A stretch of DNA of 32,000 bases from Parasynechococcus marenigrum WH 8102 (GTDB taxonomy: Bacteria > Cyanobacteriota > Cyanobacteriia > PCC-6307 > Cyanobiaceae), in assembly GCF_000195975.1 (NCBI RefSeq), contig NC_005070.1, positions 630,001 through 662,000 of the forward strand, written 5' to 3'. Of the stretch, positions 26,331 to 32,000 are shown piece by piece; the stretch's first letter is position 1; every line of letters begins with the position of its first letter. Position numbers and translations under genes: made by a program. A model generated the notes under the pieces. The model was not told where the DNA came from. It saw only the letters and a program-made list of their open reading frames with translations, and searched no databases.

Positions 26331-27431
26331 GTGCCCGATCCCAGGGACCTGCAGCTGAGTAGCTACGACTATCCGCTGCCGCAGGAGCGAATCGCCCAGG
26401 TACCGGCCGAGCCACGCCACAGTGCCCGGATGTTGATGGTGCCCCCGGCGACGCAAGCCCTCGAGGCTGCCAGGCATGGGGTGGTCTGGGATCTGCTGGA
26501 GGAGTTGCAACCCGGCGACCTTCTGGTGGTGAACAACACCCGTGTGCTCAAGGCACGGTTGAAGGTGCGTCGCTCCGGTGGTGGGTTGTCGGAGCTGTTG
26601 GTGCTCGAGCCCCGCGGTGAGGGGCGTTGGCTCTGCCTGGCGCGACCGGCGAAACGCATGCGGCCCGGCGATGTGCTGACGATTGATGGCACGTCCATCG
26701 GCCTAACGGTGTTGGAGGACGACGCAGCCAGTGGTGGGCGTTTGGTTCAGTTCCCGACGGACTGCCGTGATGCGGAGACGATCGAGACGCTGCTGAACCA
26801 ATGGGGCGAGGTTCCGCTCCCCCCTTACATCGACCGGCATGACCCCGACGATGTCGAGCGTTATCAGACCCGCTACGCCGATCGACCGGGAGCCGTTGCG
26901 GCTCCGACGGCGGGGCTGCATTTCAGCGATGAACTGCTGGCAGGCCTCCAGCTCAAAGGAGTCGAGCTGGCCAGGATCACCCTGCATGTGGGCCTGGGCA
27001 CGTTCCGTCCTGTGGAGACGAACGATCTGACCCGACTGGAGCTCCACAGTGAGTGGGTCGAGGTGAGTGCGGCGGTGGTGGAGGCCATCCAGCGGTGTCG
27101 CGGCCGGGTGATTGCCGTGGGTACCACAAGTGTGAGGGCCCTGGAGGGGGCGGCTCAACAGAATGGTGGAGTGCTTCAACCCTTCACCGGGCCCGTCAAC
27201 CTTGTGATTCAGCCGGGCTATCGCTTTGCGGTGGTGCAGGGCCTGATGACCAACTTCCACCTCCCCAAAAGTTCGCTGTTGTTGTTGGTCAGTGCGCTGA
27301 TCGGACGGGAAAAGCTGTTGGCGATTTACACCGAAGCTATTGAACGCAACTATCGCTTCTTTTCCTACGGCGATGCGATGTGGATTGCTCCGGAGGCAGT
27401 GTTGTCACAGGCGGAGCCTGTGGGGCATTAA
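26331..27431 (+). CDS. queA: S-adenosylmethionine:tRNA ribosyltransferase-isomerase
   Basis: '[29 protein letters not shown]', '[13 protein letters not shown]', 'PLPPYI', 'AAPTAGLHF', '[10 protein letters not shown]', '[10 protein letters not shown]'. Confidence 0.93.
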   Translation: MPDPRDLQLSSYDYPLPQERIAQVPAEPRHSARMLMVPPATQALEAARHGVVWDLLEELQPGDLLVVNNTRVLKARLKVRRSGGGLSELLVLEPRGEGRWLCLARPAKRMRPGDVLTIDGTSIGLTVLEDDAASGGRLVQFPTDCRDAETIETLLNQWGEVPLPPYIDRHDPDDVERYQTRYADRPGAVAAPTAGLHFSDELLAGLQLKGVELARITLHVGLGTFRPVETNDLTRLELHSEWVEVSAAVVEAIQRCRGRVIAVGTTSVRALEGAAQQNGGVLQPFTGPVNLVIQPGYRFAVVQGLMTNFHLPKSSLLLLVSALIGREKLLAIYTEAIERNYRFFSYGDAMWIAPEAVLSQAEPVGH

Positions 27432-27443
27432 AAGCAGCAAAAA

Positions 27444-27463
27444 GCCCCGTGTTGCCACGGGGC
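27444..27463. terminator. Bidirectional intrinsic terminator hairpin between convergent queA and cysK
   Basis: Perfect 8-bp stem GCCCCGTG (27444-27451) / CACGGGGC (27456-27463) with tetraloop TTGC. On the minus-strand RNA it is followed by UUUUUGCUGCUUUU (good for cysK). On the plus strand it is followed by a weaker ...AUUUGCUUUC. Confidence 0.75.
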
Positions 27464-27490
27464 CGTAGAGATTTGCTTTCTTATGACGCC

Positions 27491-28477
27491 TTAGACGGCA
27501 ACCGGCTGCTCGATGATGCCGGTGGGCACATCGGCGAACATCACCGACGACAGATAACGCTCGGCCAGGTCGGGCAGCACCACCACGATGGTTTTGCCGG
27601 CGTAAGCGTCCTGCTCTGCCAGGCGGATGGCAGCCGCGGCGGCGGCTCCACAGGAGATGCCAACCAAAAGGCCCTCTTCCTGGGCCAGGCGCAGGGCCAT
27701 GGCGATCGACTCGTCATTGGTCACCTGCTCCACCTTGTCGACCATGGACATGTCCAGGTTCTTGGGGATGAAGCCGGCGCCGATGCCCTGGATCTTGTGG
27801 GGGCCGGGCTTGACCGTTTCTCCGTTGATGGTCTGGGTGATCACCGGGCTGTGGCTGGGTTCCACGGCGACGGATTCGATCGCCTTGCCGGCTTCGTTCT
27901 TGATGTAGCGGGACACACCGGTGATGGTGCCGCCGGTGCCGACACCGGCCACCAGCACATCGATGGCACCGTCACAGTCGTTCCAGATCTCCGGACCGGT
28001 GGTCTTGAAGTGGATTTCGGGGTTGGCGGGATTGTCGAACTGTCCTGGCATGAAGTATTTGCCGGGATCGCTGTCGGCGATCTCCTTGGCCTTGGCGATG
28101 GCACCGGGCATGCCCTTGGCGGCCTCGGTGAGGATCAGCTCGGCGCCGAGAACGGCCATCATCCGGCGACGCTCGATCGACATCGACTCGGGCATCGTCA
28201 GGATCAGCTTGTAGCCGCGGGCCGCCGCTGTGAAGGCGAGGGCGATGCCGGTGTTGCCGGAGGTGGGCTCGACAATCACCTTGTCTTTGGTGAGCTTGCC
28301 GCTCTTCTCAGCGTCCCAGATCATGTTGGCGCCGATCCGGCACTTCACGCTGTAAGCGGGATTGCGACCTTCGACCTTTGCCAGCACGGTGGCTTTGCAG
28401 TTCTTGGTGACGCTGTTCAGCTTCACCAGCGGGGTGTTGCCGATGGCGAGGCTGTTGTCGTCGTAAATGCGGGACAT
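27491..28477 (-). CDS. cysK: Cysteine synthase A (O-acetylserine sulfhydrylase)
   Basis: '[10 protein letters not shown]', '[14 protein letters not shown]' (PLP lysine), '[12 protein letters not shown]', '[10 protein letters not shown]'. Confidence 0.95.
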   Translation of the reverse strand: MSRIYDDNSLAIGNTPLVKLNSVTKNCKATVLAKVEGRNPAYSVKCRIGANMIWDAEKSGKLTKDKVIVEPTSGNTGIALAFTAAARGYKLILTMPESMSIERRRMMAVLGAELILTEAAKGMPGAIAKAKEIADSDPGKYFMPGQFDNPANPEIHFKTTGPEIWNDCDGAIDVLVAGVGTGGTITGVSRYIKNEAGKAIESVAVEPSHSPVITQTINGETVKPGPHKIQGIGAGFIPKNLDMSMVDKVEQVTNDESIAMALRLAQEEGLLVGISCGAAAAAAIRLAEQDAYAGKTIVVVLPDLAERYLSSVMFADVPTGIIEQPVAV

Positions 28478-28533
28478 GAGGCTGCTGGCAGATAAGAGGG
28501 CCCGAAGGAAGTAAACTAGGCATCTGAATCCAA

Positions 28534-28577
28534 GACCAGCGCTGTTGTTAAGGCCTTTTTCAGAGTCTCCGCTGGTC
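28534..28577. repeat. 8-bp inverted repeat (GACCAGCG ... CGCTGGTC) with a 28-nt spacer in the gap upstream of cysK
   Basis: 28534-28541 pairs perfectly with 28570-28577. The spacer contains the palindrome AAGGCCTT followed by TTT. It sits 3 nt downstream of the stop of the 483-aa PLP enzyme on the minus strand. Confidence 0.5.
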
Positions 28578-28579
28578 CC

Positions 28580-30031
28580 TCAGGATTCCAGCGCCATAGC
28601 GAAGCGTTGCCAGAGCTCGTTCGGATCTTCCAGGCCGACGGAGACCCGCAGCAGATGGGCCGGCACACCGCAATCAGCGGCCCAGTCCAGCTCGTCGTAA
28701 TGGGCCAGCTGCGTATAAGGGCAGGCTAAGGTGAAGTGGGTCCCCAGGCTGGGACCCTTGCTCACCCGTAGGGCATCGAACACCCGTTGCGTCCTGGTGG
28801 CGTCGTTCAGCACAAAGGAGAGCAGGCAGCCGTAGCCGGCATTGGGGCGCATCAGCCCCCTGAAGTTGACGCAGTTCTTTGGATGGAGCACCTGGCGCAC
28901 CGCAGAGTGGTGGTCCAAGTGCTGCGCCAGCTGCAGGCAGTGACGATCGAGTTGTGGGACCCGTTTGTTCACGTCACGACTGGCCTGCTCCAGGGCAATG
29001 GCATCACCATCCCCCAGGGGGGCTGGAGTCGTGATGGCCTGCAGCAGTTGCGTGCTCCAGCGGGAGTGGGGGCTCACCAGCAGGCTTCCGGCCATCACAT
29101 CGCCTCGTCCGGCGAAGCTCTTGGTCAGGGAGGTGAAGATCAGGTCGGCATAGGGCAAGGCATTGAGGTTGATGCCAGTGCCGATGGTGTCGTCGGCGAT
29201 CACAGGAATCCCCCGAGAGTGAGCCATTTCGCTCACCGCCGGCAGGTCCACGCAGCGCAGCAGCGGATTGCTCGGCAGTTCCACGATCACGGCTGCCGGC
29301 TGGTGTTGATCCAGCGCCGCTTCCACCTCGGTAAGGGTCTGTGGTTGCAGCAGCTCCCCGCCGTGGAACACCACCTGCGGTTGCTTCAGCACATCCACAT
29401 AGGGAAAGCCGAGCTGCAGGGTGGGGCGCTGCGGTCGCAGCTGCTGAATGGCGGTTAACGCGGCATGAAGGCCGGCCATGCCCGCCGGATGAAGGCTGAT
29501 CCGTTCGGCTTCGATGCCATGGATGGCAGCCAGGCGCTGGCGAATGCTGGTTCTGGCCGCTTCAGCGTCCTCTGCTGATGGCGACTGTTCCACCCCCAGT
29601 GCAACGGCTGCCTGCCGGGAGGAGGCGCCGAGGCCGGTGTGCTGCCAGAAGGCTTTGGCATGGGGACTGGCGCTGGCATCGGTGTGCAACGCCACCAAGG
29701 GGCCGGAGCTGGTCAGTTGGGTGTGGGCCTGCGGCGCCTTGCGGCGGCAGTGGGCCTCGGCGGCGCGGGCCGCGGCTTCGGTGGCGTAAGGCCAGGCCGT
29801 CAGTCCATCCAGGGCCAACTGGCCAGACAGCGTCTGCAGCAGAGGGTGCAACCCGAAGCGCGGGTAAATGGTCTGCAGCGCCTGGCGACAGCTGGGGTCT
29901 TGTTCCTCGTAGGCAATCACGTCCTGCCAGCGGGGCAGGGCCATCGACACGGCGTGGGTGGCGTCCGGCAGGGGATGGCCCAGATCCGCTCCCTGCCAGC
30001 AGGGTTCGCTCAAGAGGTCGCGGGGACTCAC
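28580..30031 (-). CDS. Cys/Met-metabolism PLP-dependent enzyme, long form (cystathionine gamma-synthase-like with an N-terminal extension)
   Basis: PLP-lysine motif 'IFTSLTKSFAGRGDVMAG', 'VELPSNPLL', 'PVIADDTIG'. The N-terminal 'HAVSMALPRWQDVIAYEEQD...IYPRFGLHP' is absent from standard ~380-aa MetB/MetC enzymes. GTG start overlaps the upstream gene's TGA (GTGA). Confidence 0.78.
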   Translation of the reverse strand: MSPRDLLSEPCWQGADLGHPLPDATHAVSMALPRWQDVIAYEEQDPSCRQALQTIYPRFGLHPLLQTLSGQLALDGLTAWPYATEAAARAAEAHCRRKAPQAHTQLTSSGPLVALHTDASASPHAKAFWQHTGLGASSRQAAVALGVEQSPSAEDAEAARTSIRQRLAAIHGIEAERISLHPAGMAGLHAALTAIQQLRPQRPTLQLGFPYVDVLKQPQVVFHGGELLQPQTLTEVEAALDQHQPAAVIVELPSNPLLRCVDLPAVSEMAHSRGIPVIADDTIGTGINLNALPYADLIFTSLTKSFAGRGDVMAGSLLVSPHSRWSTQLLQAITTPAPLGDGDAIALEQASRDVNKRVPQLDRHCLQLAQHLDHHSAVRQVLHPKNCVNFRGLMRPNAGYGCLLSFVLNDATRTQRVFDALRVSKGPSLGTHFTLACPYTQLAHYDELDWAADCGVPAHLLRVSVGLEDPNELWQRFAMALES

Positions 30032-31170
30032 GCCAGCAACTCCAGGGCCTGCTCCAGATCGGCCTGCAGATCGGCGAGGTCTTCACAGCCCACTGAGAAG
30101 CGCACCAGGCCATCGTCAATGCCCAGCTTGGCCTTCACCTCGGCAGAGACAGCGGCGTGGGTCATGGTGGCTGGGTGGCAGATCAGGCTTTCGATGCCGC
30201 CCAGACTTTCGGCCATGGTGAACCAGCGCAGTTGTTTGCAGAGGGCATAGGTCTGCTCCTGGCAGGCGTTGAAGCTCACCGTCACGATGGCTCCGCCGGC
30301 GCGCATCTGACGGGTCGCCACCTGATGCTGAGGGTGATCGCTGCGGTGGGGGTAACGCACCCAGTTCACCTTGGCGTGATCAGCTAACTGATCGGCCAGG
30401 GCCGCTGCATTGGCCATCTGCTGCTTGAGTCGCAATGGCAGGGTCTTGATGCCCCGCGTGATCAACCAGCAATCAAAGGGGGAGGGCTGCAGCCCCAGGG
30501 CCTTCTGGGAGAACACCATCTTTTGGTGCCACTCGTGATCGTTGGTGCAGACCGCTCCACCGAGGGCATCGGAGTGGCCGTTGATGTATTTGGTGGTGCT
30601 GGTGAGCGAGAGGGTGGCGCCCAGATCGAGGGGGCGCTGCACCAGGGCGGTGGCGAAGGTGTTGTCGACCACCACGGGGATACCCAGGGGTTGGGTGATG
30701 GCACAGACCGCCTCCAGGTCGATCACCTTGAGCAAAGGGTTGGTGGGGCTCTCCAGCCACACCATTGCCGGCGTCTGAGCTTGGATCTGCTCCAGTGCGG
30801 CTGGCTGGGTGAAGTCCACCCAAGCGGTCTTCAACCCGAACTTGGCGAACACCTGCTCGAACAGCCGCACGGTGCAGCCGTAGAGGTTCTCCTCGCAGAG
30901 CACCAGATCACCCTGTTTTAGTTGGGAGACCACAGCGGTGATAGCGCTGACGCCGGAGGCGAACACGGTGGCGTGGGCGCAGCCTTCCACCGAAGCCAGA
31001 ACGCTGTCGAGGATGCGGAAGTTGGGGTTGCCCGAGCGGGTGTAATCAAATCCGCCCGCATTGCCATGGGCAAAGGTGCTGGTGGGGAAGATCGGCGGCA
31101 TCACGGTGCCGGTGTCCCCGGCAAAGCTCTCGCCGTGGTGGATCACCCGGGTGCTAAGGCCTTCGCTCAC
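30028..31170 (-). CDS. Cystathionine gamma-synthase / beta-lyase family PLP enzyme (MetB/MetC/MetZ type)
   Basis: 'TRVIHHG', 'PPIFPTSTF', 'YTRSGNPN', 'ESPTNPLLKV', 'VVVDNTFAT' and 'SLTSTTKYINGHSDALGG' (PLP lysine). GTG start at 31170. Confidence 0.88.
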   Translation of the reverse strand: MSEGLSTRVIHHGESFAGDTGTVMPPIFPTSTFAHGNAGGFDYTRSGNPNFRILDSVLASVEGCAHATVFASGVSAITAVVSQLKQGDLVLCEENLYGCTVRLFEQVFAKFGLKTAWVDFTQPAALEQIQAQTPAMVWLESPTNPLLKVIDLEAVCAITQPLGIPVVVDNTFATALVQRPLDLGATLSLTSTTKYINGHSDALGGAVCTNDHEWHQKMVFSQKALGLQPSPFDCWLITRGIKTLPLRLKQQMANAAALADQLADHAKVNWVRYPHRSDHPQHQVATRQMRAGGAIVTVSFNACQEQTYALCKQLRWFTMAESLGGIESLICHPATMTHAAVSAEVKAKLGIDDGLVRFSVGCEDLADLQADLEQALELLA

Positions 31171-31217
31171 TGCCGCGTCATCGATGAGAACAGGCTAAGA
31201 AACCGCTATCGGCACGA

Positions 31218-31261
31218 TATCGCATGCATTTCGCAATGATTTCGTGAATGTTTCGTGCCAA
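31218..31261 (-). promoter_or_regulatory. Four phased 11-bp direct repeats (candidate operator/activator site) upstream of the sulfur-amino-acid operon
   Basis: Plus-strand units start at 31218, 31229, 31240 and 31251: TATCGCAtgca / TTTCGCAatga / TTTCGTGaatg / TTTCGTGccaa (minus-strand reading CACGAAA, CACGAAA, TGCGAAA, TGCGATA). The array lies 48-91 nt upstream of the GTG at 31170. It is bracketed by the 7-bp inverted repeat GGCACGA (31211-31217) / TCGTGCC (31253-31259). Confidence 0.55.
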
Positions 31262-31288
31262 ATAAAAACCCCCGCCCGTAGACGAGGG
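31260..31288 (-). terminator. Intrinsic terminator of psbC
   Basis: Minus-strand RNA 5'-CCCUCGUC-UACG-GGCGGGGG-UUUUUAUUU: an 8-bp stem (6 Watson-Crick plus 2 G-U pairs, 31269-31288), a tetraloop, then a U-tract (31260-31268). It begins 32 nt after the psbC stop. Confidence 0.65.
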
Positions 31289-31319
31289 TGAATGATGATC
31301 GTTGGATTGAATCAGTTGA

Positions 31320-32000
31320 TCAGTCGAGGTCGGGCATGCCGAGCACAGGCTCAGCTTTGCGGTCGATGCCTTTCTCAAAGCCAGCAGCAGCTGCGCGGGC
31401 GCGGCCGGCGTGCCAGAGGTGACCAACCAGGAAGAAGAAGGCAAGCACGAACTGCGTTGCACCCAGCCACTGGCGGAGGTTCACGTAGTTCACCGAGTTG
31501 GGCTCGGTGATGATGCCGCCCACGGAGTTGATCGAGGCGTTGGGAGCGTGGGTCATGTACTCAGCCGCACGGCGCACTTGCCAGGGCTGAATGTCGTTCT
31601 GCAGCTTGTCGAGGCTCAGGCCGTTGGGGCCACGCAGGGGCTCCAGCCAAGGACCACGGAAGTCCCAGAAACGCATGGTTTCACCACCGAAGATGATTTC
31701 ACCGGTTGGTGAACGCATCAGGTACTTACCAAGGCCGGTGGGGCCCATGGCGGAACCGATGTTGGCGCCGAGGCGCTGGTCACGCACCAGGAAGGTGAAG
31801 CTCTGAGCCTGGGATGCCTCAGCGTTGGTGGGGCCCCAGAACTCGGAGGGATAGGCGGTGTTGTTGAACCAGATGTAGGCCGAGGCGATGAAGCTCATGA
31901 AGCTCAGAGCGCCGAGGCTGTAGCTCAGGTAGGCCTCACCGTTCCAGATGAAGGCGCGACGCACCCAGCCGAAGGGCTTGGTGATGGCGTGCCAGATGCC
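31320..32000 (-). CDS. psbC: Photosystem II CP43 chlorophyll apoprotein, C-terminal part (N-terminus beyond the right edge)
   Basis: The frame is open to base 32000 ([31 protein letters not shown]...). '[28 protein letters not shown]', '[33 protein letters not shown]' is the canonical CP43 C-terminus. Confidence 0.96.
   Translation of the reverse strand, partial: GIWHAITKPFGWVRRAFIWNGEAYLSYSLGALSFMSFIASAYIWFNNTAYPSEFWGPTNAEASQAQSFTFLVRDQRLGANIGSAMGPTGLGKYLMRSPTGEIIFGGETMRFWDFRGPWLEPLRGPNGLSLDKLQNDIQPWQVRRAAEYMTHAPNASINSVGGIITEPNSVNYVNLRQWLGATQFVLAFFFLVGHLWHAGRARAAAAGFEKGIDRKAEPVLGMPDLD

Noticed and set aside
25393-26415. 340-aa minus-strand ORF opposite pdhC
   Set aside because: The E2 lipoyl, binding and catalytic domains are all read on the plus strand. 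This is an antisense artefact.
27380-28495. 371-aa plus-strand ORF opposite cysK
   Set aside because: cysK on the minus strand is unambiguous. The plus-strand product is a Gly/Asp/His/Ala-rich artefact.
31171-31319. tRNA or known small RNA in the largest intergenic gap
   Set aside because: No cloverleaf-compatible arms or T-loop (GTTCRANYC) sequence. The gap is accounted for by the psbC terminator plus the repeat array and promoter region reported above.

Overview
This is a gene-dense, high-GC chromosomal segment (about 60% G+C by eye). It reads like a marine Synechococcus-type picocyanobacterium: psbC/CP43 at the right edge, pipX-pipY, long-form hpf/lrtA, an acyl-ACP-synthetase-type ligase, lipB and PDH E2. 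I call 33 CDS, most with short or overlapping junctions. I found no rRNA, tRNA, CRISPR array, transposase or integrase. Most of the window (3.1-32 kb) is ordinary core metabolism and housekeeping: rfbA-C-D-B (dTDP-rhamnose), mtnD, cobI, dus, der, cbiQ, pipX, pipY, sepF, proC, recO, deoC, hpf, lipB, aas, pdhC, queA, cysK, two Cys/Met-family PLP enzymes and psbC. The accessory-looking parts are: (1) a low-GC segment at 1-3109 that runs off the left edge and starts exactly at the rfbB stop codon; it carries a two-domain GT2 glycosyltransferase and a 5'-truncated sulfotransferase-like ORF; (2) an orphan BcsA-like processive glycan synthase whose C-terminal PilZ domain has lost the RxxxR c-di-GMP motif; (3) an MFS plus GT4 pair behind recO. 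The non-coding oddities are a 4 x 11-bp phased direct-repeat array upstream of the sulfur-amino-acid operon, a 17-bp perfect palindrome holding the start codons of two divergent genes, and a 13-bp perfect palindrome holding the stop codons of two convergent genes. I do not see a convincing novel multi-gene system such as a defence or mobile module. The best leads are the surface-glycan genes and the regulatory repeats. All functional calls rest on recognising motifs in the supplied translations, not on database searches.
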